Assembly (NCBI GenBank): GCA_963808235.1
Contig: CAWEEQ010000004.1
Location: 1,504,001 to 1,568,000, forward strand
Reading direction: 5' to 3'
DNA: 64,000 nt
DNA from: an uncultured delta proteobacterium
Lineage (GTDB): Bacteria; Desulfobacterota; Binatia; Binatales; Binataceae
The stretch's first letter is position 1, and each line of letters opens with the position of its first letter. The notes beneath the pieces were generated by a model. It was not told where the DNA came from, did no database searches, and worked only from the letters and a program-made list of their open reading frames with translations. Below, one piece after another: positions 1 through 9,890 of the stretch. The position numbers and the translations under genes were made by a program.

Positions 1-81
1 TCTCTCTCTTTTTGAAAATTGCTTTTTGATGAAGATACCGCCGGGCCGCGAGTCATTGCAGCGCTGCAGCACGACTCGGGC

Positions 82-1035
82 CTAGTACTCGGGTTTGAAA
101 TCGAAATGATGAATCGCTTCGATAAAGCGGACCGTGCGCGTCTTCGATCTCATCACGACGCTGTTGGTCATCGCCCCGCCGGAAAAAAATCGCACCCCGC
201 GCAGATAATCGCCGGTGGTCACGCCGGTTGCCGCGAACATGACATTTTCGCCCGCCAGTTCCTCCAGCGTGTAGCGATGCTTCAAATCCATGATGCCCAT
301 AGCCAGACACGCTTCCGCTTCCTCGGAGTTGCGCGGCACGAATCTGCATTGCATCTCGCCGCCGACCGAACGAATCGCAGCCCCTGCAAGCACGCCCTGA
401 TGCGCTCCGCCGATCCCGATCAGCATGTCGATTTCGCTCTCGGGGCGGGTGGTTGCGATAGCCGCGGAAAGATCTCCGGCTGATATCATCTTGATTCCGG
501 CGCCGGCCTTGCGCACTTCGTTGATCAGCTTTTCGTGCCGCGGCCGATCGAGAATCGCGATCCTTAGATCCTCGACGTAGACGTTCTTCGCTTCGGCGAG
601 CGCCTTAAGATTGTCGGTTGGCGATTTGTCTATGTCGATCACGCCGCGGCCCGCGGGTCCGCACGTGACCTTGTCCATGTATGTGTCGGGACAGCGCAGG
701 ATTCGGCCACGCTCCGCAAGCGCGACGCATGACAGCGCGTTGGGTCCGCCGGTTGCGCAGATAAGCGAGCCTTCGATCGCGTCCAGCGCAACGTCGATCT
801 CGGTGCCCGCGCCGCTGCCGACTATTTCGCCTTCGTAAAGGAATTCCGCGTCGCCTTCCTTCCCCTCGCCGATAACGATCTTGCCGTCCATCGCGACCGA
901 GTTAAGCGTCTTGCGCATCGCGTCGCACGCAGATCGATCCGCCATCCGATCGTCGCCCTTGCCGATGAAACGCGCTGCTGCCAGCGCAGCCGCTTCAGTC
1001 GCACGCACAACTTCAAGGGCAAGATTTCGCTCCAT
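82..1035 (-). CDS. glpX: Class II fructose-1,6-bisphosphatase
   Basis: MERNLALEVVRATEAAA, VIGEG, YMDK, DRPRH, FAATGVT motifs; GGAGG RBS upstream. Confidence 0.93.
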   Translation of the reverse strand: MERNLALEVVRATEAAALAAARFIGKGDDRMADRSACDAMRKTLNSVAMDGKIVIGEGKEGDAEFLYEGEIVGSGAGTEIDVALDAIEGSLICATGGPNALSCVALAERGRILRCPDTYMDKVTCGPAGRGVIDIDKSPTDNLKALAEAKNVYVEDLRIAILDRPRHEKLINEVRKAGAGIKMISAGDLSAAIATTRPESEIDMLIGIGGAHQGVLAGAAIRSVGGEMQCRFVPRNSEEAEACLAMGIMDLKHRYTLEELAGENVMFAATGVTTGDYLRGVRFFSGGAMTNSVVMRSKTRTVRFIEAIHHFDFKPEY

Positions 1036-1048
1036 TCACGCCTCCCGA

Positions 1049-2280
1049 TCAGTTCGAGGTCACGGTCATCCCACGTCCGAACAACGATTCTATCAGGTGA
1101 TAGCCATCGCCGACGACCAGCCCGGTCCTGGTTCCGTCCGCTTCAGTGTATCGCCGCGCGATCCCGCGTTCCGACCTGAGCTGCGCTCGATTTCAGGAGC
1201 GCGAACGGCACCGGCTCCGGCGAATGCGTTTTCAACTGACTCGGAGTCGCGTGATCGGGCATCAGCAGAATCGCAAAATCGCCCAGCGCGCCGAGACCTG
1301 CGAGCATCGGCCCGATGATCAACTCGTCGATTCGCTCGATCGCTTCCTTCTTCAGATCGGCACGTCCCATGTGACCGGCCTCATCCGGCGCTTCGATGTG
1401 CAAGAGCAGGAAGTCGCGCGCTTTCAGCGACTCGAGACCATATCGCGCCTTCGCGGCGTAATCGGTATCGAGAAAACCGGTCGCGCCCGGCACCTTGATC
1501 AGATTCAGCCCCGCGAGCCTTCCGAGCCCGTTGACCAGGTCCACGGCGGAGATCACTGAGCCCTCGACCCCAAACCGTTCCTTGAGCGTCGGCACCGACG
1601 GCCGCGTCCCCTGCCCCCAGAGCCAGATCGAGGTCGCCTCCGGCTTGCCCGCGGCGCGACGCGCCTTGTTCACCGGATGCTCCGCCAAAATTTTCGCAGC
1701 GCGAGTGGTCAGGTTGCGCAACAGGTCGGCGCCGGCGCCCTTGGGCAGATGAGGCTCGACCGGCTTGCCGGTGATGTCGTGCGGCGGAGTCAGATGCGTG
1801 GTCGCGATTCCACCGCGCCACATCATCAGATGCCGATAGCTGACACCGTTGAAAAATTCGATTCCGTCGCCGCCAAGTTCGGCGCGGATATCATCGACGA
1901 TCCGCGCGGCTTCTTCGCTGCTGATATGCCCCGACGTGAAATCGTTCATCACCAGCGCGCCAGCCATCGTCGGGTTTCAGCGAGACGAGGTTCATCCTGA
2001 ACACAACATCGCGCGGACCCATCTCGATTCCCTGGCTCGCGGCCTCTATCGGCGCGCGCCCGGTGTGATAGCGGGCCGGATCGTAGCCAAGCATCGTCAT
2101 GGTGCCGACGTCGCTGCCAGACGGCATCCCCTTGGGAATCGTCGCGACCATCCCGAGCGTGCCGCGAGTCGCGAGCAAATCCATATTCGGCTTGTGCGCT
2201 GCGTCGAGTGGAGTCTTCCCGCCAAGTTCCTCGCACGGCCAATCGGCCATCCCGTCGCCATGAATGATGATGTACTTCAT
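1049..2280 (-). CDS. apgM: Cofactor-independent phosphoglycerate mutase, ApgM-type (proposed homoserine kinase family); two apparent frameshifts (~1965 and ~1160)
   Basis: ORF 1891..2280 has MKYIIIHGDGMAD and PSGSDVG; ORF 1143..1967 has HIEAPDEAGH and PDHATP; a third frame gives RYTEA...SN* ending at 1049. Indels are probably sequencing errors. Confidence 0.85.
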
Positions 2281-2299
2281 CGCATCAACCGCGCGCTGA

Positions 2300-3364
2300 T
2301 CAGTCGCGCTCCAGGACTTTCAGCACTTTCTCGATGTCCGGTTCGACGACGATCGTGTTGCTCAAATTCTTGAGCGCGGTGTCTGGATCCTTCAGCCCAT
2401 GACCAGTCAGCGTGCAGACGACGACCGATCCGGGCTTAAGCATTCCGGTCCCCGCATACTTGAGCAGTCCCGCCACCGACGCCGCCGACGCAGGCTCGGC
2501 GAATACGCCACCGGCCGCGATCAGCCGATACGCCGCGAGGATTTCCGAGTCGGTCACGATGTCGATAACGCCGCCGGAGTCATCGCGCGCCGTCGTCGCG
2601 CCTTTCCAGCTCGCGGGATTTCCAATCTTGATCGCCGTCGCCACCGTATGCGGATCGTCAATCGGATGCCCCACGACAATCGGCGCCGACTCCGCCGCCT
2701 GGTAACCCATCATCTTCGGCACCCGCGCGCTCAACTCAGCATCGCGGTACTCCTGGTAGCCGGCCCAGTGTGCGGTGATATTTCCAGCGTTTCCGACCGG
2801 CAAAAAATGATGCGTCGGCGCGTCGCCGAGTTGATCGCAAATCTCGAACGCCGCGGTCTTCTGCCCCGCGATTCGATCCGGGTTCACACTATTAACGAGC
2901 CGGATGCGCACCGGGTCGCGCTCCGCGACGTCGCGCACCACCTTCAGGCAGATGTCGAAGTTGCCGATCACCTCGAGCACGCGCGCCCCATGCATCACGC
3001 TTTGCGAAAGCTTGCCCAGCGCGACCGCGCCCTTGGGAATCAGCACGTAGGCTTTCAGCCCCGCGCGTCCCGCATATGCCGCCGCCGACGCCGCTGTGTT
3101 GCCCGTCGACGCGCAGATCACCGCGCGAGCGCCCTCGCCCAGCGCCTTCGAGATTGCGACCGTCATCCCGCGGTCCTTGAAAGAGCCGGTAGGGTTGGCG
3201 CCCTCAAACTTAAAGTAAACCTTGACGTTTAGCCCAAGCCGGTCCGCGATCGCCGGCGCCTCGATAAGCGGCGTGTTGCCTTCGTTCAGCGTGACGATCG
3301 GAGTTGAATCTGTCACCGGCAGGAAGCGCCGGTAATGTTCGATCAGACCCGGCCAGTGCGACAA
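2300..3364 (-). CDS. thrC: Threonine synthase
   Basis: EGNTPL, NPTGSFKDRG (PLP Lys), ASTGNT, PVGNAGN, EPASAA, TGHGLKD; TTG start at 3364 inferred. Confidence 0.93.
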   Translation of the reverse strand: MSHWPGLIEHYRRFLPVTDSTPIVTLNEGNTPLIEAPAIADRLGLNVKVYFKFEGANPTGSFKDRGMTVAISKALGEGARAVICASTGNTAASAAAYAGRAGLKAYVLIPKGAVALGKLSQSVMHGARVLEVIGNFDICLKVVRDVAERDPVRIRLVNSVNPDRIAGQKTAAFEICDQLGDAPTHHFLPVGNAGNITAHWAGYQEYRDAELSARVPKMMGYQAAESAPIVVGHPIDDPHTVATAIKIGNPASWKGATTARDDSGGVIDIVTDSEILAAYRLIAAGGVFAEPASAASVAGLLKYAGTGMLKPGSVVVCTLTGHGLKDPDTALKNLSNTIVVEPDIEKVLKVLERD

Positions 3365-3401
3365 ACGCTGCGACTGGATTTTTCGGGTCGGAGGCCATCG
3401 A

Positions 3402-4709
3402 CTAAAGCTTCTCCTCAATTCGGATGAACGCCGGCGCCGCCTGCACGATTTTCTTCCGCTGTATCTCGGTCAGCGCGCGTTTCAAACTTCGCTCCGGCGC
3501 CTCATGGGTCCGCATGATCACCGGCACCGTCCGCGCCTTTCCGCGATCCTTCTGTATCACCGACGCTATCGACAACCCGTGACGTCCCAGCACCGACGCA
3601 ATCGCACCAAGCACCCCCGGCATGTCGCGCGCCATGAAGCGCAGGTAATACTCGCATACCACGTCGTCCATCGGCTTGACACTGGCGCGCTTCATGAGCG
3701 CAACCGGAAATCCCAGCGCATGCGTTCGCGCCGAGCCTGCCGCCAGCCTATGCCTCGCGATGTCCAATATATCCGCCATCACCGCGGTCGCCGTCGGCAT
3801 TTGCCCCGCTCCGAGTCCGGTGAACATCGTCGAGCCTAGCGCGTCGCCGTGAATATAGATCGCGTTGTATGCCCCGCCGACGCTCGCCAACAGATGCTTC
3901 ATCGGGATCATCGTCGGATGCACCCGCGCCTCGATCGCGCCGTCGTCGTCCTTGGCGATCGCGAGCAACTTCACCGCATAGCCAAGCTCGCGCGCGTTCG
4001 TGATATCGGTCTGCGTGATTCGCGTGATCCCTTCGGTATATACCTGCGCCGGCTTCACCAGCACTCCGAACGCAAGCGTCACCAGCAGGCAGAGTTTGTG
4101 CGCCGCGTCATGACCTTCGACATCGATCGCTGGATTCGCTTCGGCAAGTCCGGCTGCCTGCGCGTCGGCGAGCGCGCTGCCGAACTCGACTCCGCTTTCG
4201 CTCATGGTGCTGAGAATCGAATTGCATGTCCCGTTGACGATTCCATAAACGGCGCGTTGACGATCGCCCGCGAGAGCCTCGCGCAGCACCCGGATGATCG
4301 GCACGCCGCCGCCGACGCTTGCCTCGAAGCCAACTGCGAGACCGCGTTTGCCGGCCTCGCGAAAAATCTCGCCTCCATGCTCGGCGAGCAGCGCCTTGTT
4401 GCCGGTTACGACGTCCTTGCCCGCGCCAAGCGCTTTCAAAATAAGTTCGCGCGCCGGCTGATGCCCGCCGAACAACTCCACCACGATGTCGATATCGGGA
4501 CGTACGACAATCGCCGCGCTGTCGCGTGTGATCAGTTGCGCGGTGAGGCCTAGCGCGGCGTCAGGCTTAAGGCTGCGATCGGCGACCGCCGCCAACTCGA
4601 GCGGTACGCCGAGCTTGCGCGCGTACGAGGCGCCGTTGTCGCGAATCAGCCTGACGACGCCGGTCCCAACAGTGCCGCATCCGAGCAGAGCAATCCGAAC
4701 GGGTTTCAA
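3402..4709 (-). CDS. hom: Homoserine dehydrogenase with C-terminal ACT domain
   Basis: GCGTVG Rossmann motif, FEASVGGGVP, GIVNGT, ACT PGVL; start uncertain (4709 or 4727). Confidence 0.93.
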   Translation of the reverse strand: MKPVRIALLGCGTVGTGVVRLIRDNGASYARKLGVPLELAAVADRSLKPDAALGLTAQLITRDSAAIVVRPDIDIVVELFGGHQPARELILKALGAGKDVVTGNKALLAEHGGEIFREAGKRGLAVGFEASVGGGVPIIRVLREALAGDRQRAVYGIVNGTCNSILSTMSESGVEFGSALADAQAAGLAEANPAIDVEGHDAAHKLCLLVTLAFGVLVKPAQVYTEGITRITQTDITNARELGYAVKLLAIAKDDDGAIEARVHPTMIPMKHLLASVGGAYNAIYIHGDALGSTMFTGLGAGQMPTATAVMADILDIARHRLAAGSARTHALGFPVALMKRASVKPMDDVVCEYYLRFMARDMPGVLGAIASVLGRHGLSIASVIQKDRGKARTVPVIMRTHEAPERSLKRALTEIQRKKIVQAAPAFIRIEEKL

Positions 4710-4738
4710 TCTGACGCCCCCACCCAAGCGAATCCGCT

Positions 4739-5953
4739 TCAGGAGGCAACGACGGCGCGGGCGGGAATTTCCGCATGCCCGCGGCTGAGCGCGAGGCGAA
4801 TTCCGCGAATCGCCTGCCGCGTCCGATGTTCATTCTCGATAAGCGCGAAGCGCACGAAGCCGTCGCCGTCCTGGCCGAAACCGATTCCCGGCGACACCGC
4901 GACTTTGGCCTCTGCGAGTAGGAACTTGGCGAACTCGAGCGAGCCCATCGCGCGCCACGGCTCCGGTATCGGCGCCCACACGAACATCGTCGCCTTGGGT
5001 TTCTCGACCGGCCAGCCGGCGCGATTGAGTCCGTCGACCAGCACGTCGCGCCGCCGCTTGTACATCGCGTTGATCTCGCCGACGCATTCCTGCGGCCCAT
5101 TGAGCGCCGCGATCGCCGCGACCTGCACCGGCGCGAACATCCCGTAGTCGAAGTACGATTTCAGCCGCGCGAGCGCCGCGATCATCTCGCGGTTTCCGAC
5201 CGCGAAGCCGACCCGCCATCCCGGCATGTTGTAGCTTTTCGAGAGCGTGAAGAACTCGACGCCAATCTCTTTCGCGCCCGCAACCTGCATCATCGAGGGC
5301 GCCTTGTATCCGTCGAAGCACAGGTCCGCATACGCAAAATCCTGCGCCACCATGATGTCGTTCTCGCGCGCGAACTCGACCACCCGCTGCATGAAATGCA
5401 TATCGACGGTCGCGGTGGTCGGATTATGCGGAAAATTCATGATCAGAAACTTCGGCCGCGGCCAGCATCGATTCACCGTCGCGATCAGCTCGTCGAAAAA
5501 TTCCTCGCCGCGCCGGATCGGAACGCCCTGCACCTGCGCTCCCGCAATGATGCATCCGTACTGATGAATCGGGTAGGTCGGCGTCGGCGCCAGCACCACG
5601 TCGCCCTGATCGAGAATCGCCAGCGCCATGTGCGCGATTCCCTCCTTCGAGCCGATCGTCACGATCGCTTCCGAGTCCGGGTCGAGCTCAACGCCATAGC
5701 GCCGCCGATACCAGTCGCAAATCGCAAGGCGTAGTTTGAACACCCCGCGCGAGACCGAGTAGCGATGGTTCGCGCCCTTGGCCGCTGCCTCGACCAGCTT
5801 CGCCACAATATGCGGCGGCGTCGGCTCGTCAGGATTTCCCATCCCGAAATCGATAATGTCCTCGCCCGCCCGCCGAGCCTTCAAACAAAGCTCGCCGATA
5901 GCATTGAACACATACGGCGGCAGCCGCTTAATTCGAGGGAAATCCATGTCCAT
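4739..5953 (-). CDS. alaC: Class I/II PLP aminotransferase (AlaC-like alanine transaminase)
   Basis: [37 protein letters not shown]. Confidence 0.8.
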   Translation of the reverse strand: MDMDFPRIKRLPPYVFNAIGELCLKARRAGEDIIDFGMGNPDEPTPPHIVAKLVEAAAKGANHRYSVSRGVFKLRLAICDWYRRRYGVELDPDSEAIVTIGSKEGIAHMALAILDQGDVVLAPTPTYPIHQYGCIIAGAQVQGVPIRRGEEFFDELIATVNRCWPRPKFLIMNFPHNPTTATVDMHFMQRVVEFARENDIMVAQDFAYADLCFDGYKAPSMMQVAGAKEIGVEFFTLSKSYNMPGWRVGFAVGNREMIAALARLKSYFDYGMFAPVQVAAIAALNGPQECVGEINAMYKRRRDVLVDGLNRAGWPVEKPKATMFVWAPIPEPWRAMGSLEFAKFLLAEAKVAVSPGIGFGQDGDGFVRFALIENEHRTRQAIRGIRLALSRGHAEIPARAVVAS

Positions 5954-6078
5954 ATAGTTCGCCGGTGATGCCCCAGCGCACCCCAAATGCGCGAACTATA
6001 AGTTTTAACCGACCGCCGACGCCCTCGCTAGTAGGCTCCGGCCAGCGCAATGGTGGTTTTGAAAATTCTAGAGGACGT

Positions 6079-6405
6079 TTAATGTTCCGTATGTCGATGC
6101 GCCGCCAATACCCTGCGTGCCGGCTTTTTCACCCGCTCGTCTGCGTCACTGCGCAATTTCTCGAGCACGTCGACGATGCGCGCCTCATAGACAGCCGGAG
6201 AGCCATCGCAAAGCACATGAACGATCCCGCGGCGAACAAGCGCGTCGGGGTCGTCGGCCATCTCGATGAATCGGTCCCAAATCTCCGCTTTATGCACCTT
6301 AACCTCGCACGGACACAAAGCCTGAACGGCTTTGCGACGAACTTTAGGATCGCGGTCTCTGCTCATCTCGAGCAACCTCGGAATTTCGGATCGCGGCGTG
6401 CGCAT
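6079..6405 (-). CDS. HEAT-repeat small protein
   Basis: Three repeats DPKVRRKAV / DPDALVRRG / DADERVKK. Confidence 0.65.
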   Translation of the reverse strand: MRTPRSEIPRLLEMSRDRDPKVRRKAVQALCPCEVKVHKAEIWDRFIEMADDPDALVRRGIVHVLCDGSPAVYEARIVDVLEKLRSDADERVKKPARRVLAAHRHTEH

Positions 6406-6434
6406 GCGCCTCTCTCCTCATACGATTGTTTCCC

Positions 6435-7700
6435 TTAGGTTTCCGCGACCGCAACCGCGACAGATTCGCGCCGCCGTATCGCCCAATACACCGGCGCTGC
6501 GCAGACCGAGATTAGGCCCGCAATCTGCCATTCGAATGGGACTCCCGAGACGTCCGCTATATGGCCCGCGAACAGCAGGCCGACTGCTCCGCCGATAGTC
6601 TCGAACGTGCTTCGAAACGACAGCAGCGTCGCCCGATTGCTCGATTCAACCTGCTCGTTGAACCAGCTCTGCACCAGCGGCAGCATCGCGCCGGTGCAAA
6701 TGTTCATCACGAACAACATCGCGAGCGCGACTACCGGCCGTCCGCCGAATAGACCTGCCAGGAACAACATCACGCTCGCCGCGAACACCAATGCTCCGAC
6801 TCGCGCCGCGCGCTGCGATTCGTCGCACCCGATGCGCGCGTTCATCTCCGCGCCGATCATCCGCGCCAGCGCCAGCCCGCAATAGATCCATCCGATAATC
6901 CAGATACCCACCGCGAAGCTCTCGTTGAACATAACCGGCCACTCGACCCAGTACGGCGCCCACGCGCCTACCGTGATCGCGCCCGCCGCGCTCAGCATCA
7001 GCACGGTCGGCGCGCTGAATCCGGTTCGGAGACCGTCGCTCACTTGCGACGCCACCCGATGAGGAATTTCCGCAATCCTGATCCGCACCGCGCGCGGTCG
7101 CTCGTCGTGCATCAGGTACCCGCCCACTACCAGGCTCGCCAGATAGCCTGCCGCACCGAGCAGCCACGGCCACGCAACGTTCACGTCGGCGACGTATGCG
7201 CCGATCATCGCCGAGCCCATGAAGCCCACCGTGCTCAGCTGCGAGGCTCGCGAGAACAGCCGATCTTTCAGCCCTTCGTATCCGGCGTTGTCGAGTGCGT
7301 CGACGCCCCACGCGTCGATCGCGCCGTTGCCGAACGTCGTGCCGATACCATCGATACCCTCGGCGATCAGGAAGACGTAGTAGTGATGCGCCGTGAAATA
7401 AAGCAGGAACGCGCAGACCCGCAGCGACGTGCCAAGCACGAACGACTTGCGCCGTCCGAGCAGGTCGGCGAACGCACCGGTCGGCACGTCGGTAAGGAAC
7501 AGGACTACGAAGAAGACCGCGAGAACGCTGTTTATCTGGAGCTGAGTCAGACCGCGCGCGCGCAAAAAAATCGGGTAGACGCCGAACAGGAATCCACCGG
7601 CGAACGAGTACATCCCCCAGACCGTGTAGTAACGCCGGATGATGTCGTTAATCTTCGGAACATGATGCCGTTTCGATTCCACGGAACTTTCCCCGCCCAC
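6435..7700 (-). CDS. MFS transporter (efflux-like)
   Basis: About 12 hydrophobic segments; motif A variant PTGAFADLLGRRKS; RATLLS in the C-terminal half. Confidence 0.88.
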   Translation of the reverse strand: MGGESSVESKRHHVPKINDIIRRYYTVWGMYSFAGGFLFGVYPIFLRARGLTQLQINSVLAVFFVVLFLTDVPTGAFADLLGRRKSFVLGTSLRVCAFLLYFTAHHYYVFLIAEGIDGIGTTFGNGAIDAWGVDALDNAGYEGLKDRLFSRASQLSTVGFMGSAMIGAYVADVNVAWPWLLGAAGYLASLVVGGYLMHDERPRAVRIRIAEIPHRVASQVSDGLRTGFSAPTVLMLSAAGAITVGAWAPYWVEWPVMFNESFAVGIWIIGWIYCGLALARMIGAEMNARIGCDESQRAARVGALVFAASVMLFLAGLFGGRPVVALAMLFVMNICTGAMLPLVQSWFNEQVESSNRATLLSFRSTFETIGGAVGLLFAGHIADVSGVPFEWQIAGLISVCAAPVYWAIRRRESVAVAVAET

Positions 7701-7716
7701 TGTGCAACGCGCAAAG

Positions 7717-7754
7717 AAAAAGCCCCGGGGCTCTTAAGCGCCCGGGGCTTTTTT
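7717..7754. terminator. Bidirectional intrinsic terminator between a leader ORF and the MFS gene
   Basis: AAAAAGCCCCGGG (7717-7729) pairs with CCCGGGGCTTTTT (7741-7753). Confidence 0.8.
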
Positions 7755-7776
7755 GAGCCAAGTATCGATGTCCGTC

Positions 7777-7836
7777 TCAATTCGGGAGGACCTTCATTGA
7801 ATTGGGGACTTGACGTACGTCGTTGCTCGGCTTCAT
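7777..7836 (-). CDS. Putative 19-aa leader peptide MKPSNDVRQVPNSMKVLPN
   Basis: ATG about 4-5 nt after the predicted TSS of a sigma70-like promoter; followed by a terminator, then the MFS gene. Confidence 0.4.
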   Translation of the reverse strand: MKPSNDVRQVPNSMKVLPN

Positions 7837-7846
7837 AGGTGATGCC

Positions 7847-7875
7847 ACCCTATCCAGTCGCAAACCCGCAGTCAA
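7847..7875 (-). promoter_or_regulatory. Sigma70-like promoter TTGACT-N17-TAGGGT
   Basis: -35 at 7870-7875, -10 at 7847-7852, 17-nt spacer. Confidence 0.55.
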
Positions 7876-7899
7876 GCGCCGCGAATTCTGGGCACTGGT

Positions 7900-8721
7900 T
7901 CAGTTTGAAAGCGCAACCAATTCCTCAACACTCCAAACATGATCAGAGATACCGGCTTCCATCGCTGGCGTGCAACGGATGGTCTGGCAGATTCGCGCGA
8001 AATTGTAGTGCATGAAGTGGAGCGCGACCGCATGCCGATGATTCTGAATCTTCTTGCTGTGACCAGCGCTCAAGCGGGTAAATCGGCGTATGCTCTGGCG
8101 CATCGTCTGGTTGTGCTTTTCGACAAATGACGTGGAAATGAAGTCTGGATCGGGCGAGCCGATGCGCGTGTCTTTACGGATGCCGATGCATTTGGGCGGG
8201 CTGTATCGATGCTCGCTATCTTCTTCGCCGTACAGCTTGACCAGCATCGCGTAATCAACATCGCGTCCAAACGCTTCCTCGACCGCGCGAAAGTAAACGG
8301 CATGCCCGTCTGTGGTCAATTGAATCCGAGTCGCGATCCGGCTCGCTACGTCGTTCATAAAGCGCTCTCCGGCTGGCGCGTTACGTCGGCCAACGTGCCA
8401 CGCGACCATCAACTTTGAATCGGCATCAATCGCGGTCCAAGTCCACACGTCGCCGAAACCAAAGCGACCGCGAAATTCAGCCGGTACGTTCTTTTGCTTC
8501 GCGTAGCAGAACGCCCAAATTTCGTCGCACTGAACGCGATTGCAATTCAGATTGCGGACATGCTCGTTGTGATAGCTCTCACAAGCTTCGCCCAGATCGG
8601 CGAGCAGCTTGAGAACGGTATTCTTCGCGATGCCAGTGATCCGCGTGATCGCGTTGATGCCGTTGCCTTCAACCAGAAGCGAAACGATCTGCGCCCGTTG
8701 CCCAATGCTCATTCTGTTCAT
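7900..8721 (-). CDS. IS1-family DDE transposase (single ORF, N-terminal HTH)
   Basis: QCDEIW, LTTDG, STSFVE catalytic motifs; RRFTRL; TPAMEAG..DHVW tail; stop codon lies inside the TIR. Confidence 0.9.
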   Translation of the reverse strand: MNRMSIGQRAQIVSLLVEGNGINAITRITGIAKNTVLKLLADLGEACESYHNEHVRNLNCNRVQCDEIWAFCYAKQKNVPAEFRGRFGFGDVWTWTAIDADSKLMVAWHVGRRNAPAGERFMNDVASRIATRIQLTTDGHAVYFRAVEEAFGRDVDYAMLVKLYGEEDSEHRYSPPKCIGIRKDTRIGSPDPDFISTSFVEKHNQTMRQSIRRFTRLSAGHSKKIQNHRHAVALHFMHYNFARICQTIRCTPAMEAGISDHVWSVEELVALSN

Positions 8722-8728
8722 ACTGAAC

Positions 8729-8757
8729 AACATACAAGAGCGCTCTCGCTATGTCAA
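8729..8757 (-). promoter_or_regulatory. Transposase promoter TTGACA-N17-TATGTT (leaderless), with palindrome AGAGCGCTCT in the spacer
   Basis: -35 at 8752-8757, -10 at 8729-8734, ATG at 8721. Confidence 0.65.
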
Positions 8758-8765
8758 GCGGAAAC

Positions 8766-8800
8766 AAAAAGCCCCGTGGCAATAGAGGCCCACGGGGCTT
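8766..8800 (-). terminator. Intrinsic terminator of the cargo operon
   Basis: GCCCCGTGG / CCACGGGGC stem followed by a T-run on the minus strand. Confidence 0.8.
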
Positions 8801-8820
8801 GAACTTGATATCCGCTGATC

Positions 8821-9081
8821 TTACTTCTGCGGGTTAACCTTCGCCGCGTCCAATGCCGACGGTCCTTCCTTATCTGCTTTCTGTAAGCCAATTCCCATAA
8901 TTGTAACGACCACCGCGGGAAGTGTTTCGCCACCGCCAGCAGGCGACGGCACCTGCATGTTACCCATCCCAATTTGAAATTGTGAGGTCCAAATGCCTTC
9001 GCGTAATCCTTGATGTCGGATTAGTATTTCGACCAACTCCTTGTGCGAAAAAACGAATTGTGTCGGTTCAGCCACGGGCAC
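8821..9081 (-). CDS. Hypothetical 86-aa protein coupled to the HicB-like gene
   Basis: Overlaps the hicB-like stop, GGAGG RBS, followed by a terminator. Confidence 0.7.
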   Translation of the reverse strand: MPVAEPTQFVFSHKELVEILIRHQGLREGIWTSQFQIGMGNMQVPSPAGGGETLPAVVVTIMGIGLQKADKEGPSALDAAKVNPQK

Positions 9082-9619
9082 CTCCTATTGTTATTGTCTC
9101 TTTCGTTGGAGGTAGAGAAATAACGGCAGCCGCATTGGATGGCAAAAACCATGAGCCAGCTTGGCCCGTAAATGGCGTGATGTAGATAAAATTGGCTTGA
9201 ATGAAATTCATTTCTATTCGATGAGCTATTCGCTCAAACAAATTATCCGCCCCAACCCAAGCCGAAATTGCGGATACAAAACAAGAATTGAGACTGATAC
9301 CATCGCGCTCGGCCTTGATCGCTGCCATGCGATGCACATCTCGCGGCAATCTGAGCGCGAACTTTCCGCTATAGCTGTGATCCGTGGTCGGAGGCGGAAT
9401 CGGCTCGCCATCGCTCAGTGTGCCTTCGATCCATGTAGCTGCAACCTCCTCCAGCTGATGATAAGCCTCGCCCGCTGTTTCGCCCTCAGCAAAGCATCCC
9501 GGAAATTCGAGAATCTCCGCAAAAAACCCGCCTTCCTCAGCGGGAACGAGAACCCTATGATAGGGAAGTTTCAGATAGTCGCTAATTGATTTTTTTTGAA
9601 TGTCCATTTTGTTTGGCAA
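9068..9619 (-). CDS. hicB: HicB-like antitoxin with RHH domain and ~60-aa C-terminal extension
   Basis: GGFFAEILEFPGCFAEGET..EA, GEPIPPP, YSGKFALRLP..HR.AA..A..DGISLN. Confidence 0.85.
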   Translation of the reverse strand: MPNKMDIQKKSISDYLKLPYHRVLVPAEEGGFFAEILEFPGCFAEGETAGEAYHQLEEVAATWIEGTLSDGEPIPPPTTDHSYSGKFALRLPRDVHRMAAIKAERDGISLNSCFVSAISAWVGADNLFERIAHRIEMNFIQANFIYITPFTGQAGSWFLPSNAAAVISLPPTKETITIGGARG

Positions 9620-9890
9620 TTGCTTGTTTCTCGGCCATTTCTATCGCGGCCAGATCGCCATCTAGGATCGCTAGGATCGCCTCCTTCGTTCGCCTCTTGA
9701 TTGGGGCTGAGTGATGCGGGATCGGTACTCTGGGACGGCCCTTCATCGCATACATCGGGTGATGTCCCTTTCCATCTAGTTTGCGACCAATCGCTTCCGC
9801 CAGAGATCTCAGTTCTTTGCTAGGCACTTGCCCTTGCCCTCGAAGTTCCTCCAGCCGCCGCCGCAACTCCTCTATTTTCTTGAGGGTCAT
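9582..9890 (-). CDS. hicA: HicA-like toxin
   Basis: Small basic ORF directly upstream of hicB; GKGHH (GSH-like) and VPIPHH motifs. Confidence 0.65.
   Translation of the reverse strand: MTLKKIEELRRRLEELRGQGQVPSKELRSLAEAIGRKLDGKGHHPMYAMKGRPRVPIPHHSAPIKRRTKEAILAILDGDLAAIEMAEKQAIAKQNGHSKKIN

Noticed and set aside
1049-2280. Pseudogene or programmed-frameshift calls for apgM-like, suhB (~18990), grrM (~25785) and hisA (~59930)
   Set aside because: Single-base indels in otherwise intact, conserved genes with no slippery motif; most simply explained as long-read errors, though this cannot be proven without reads
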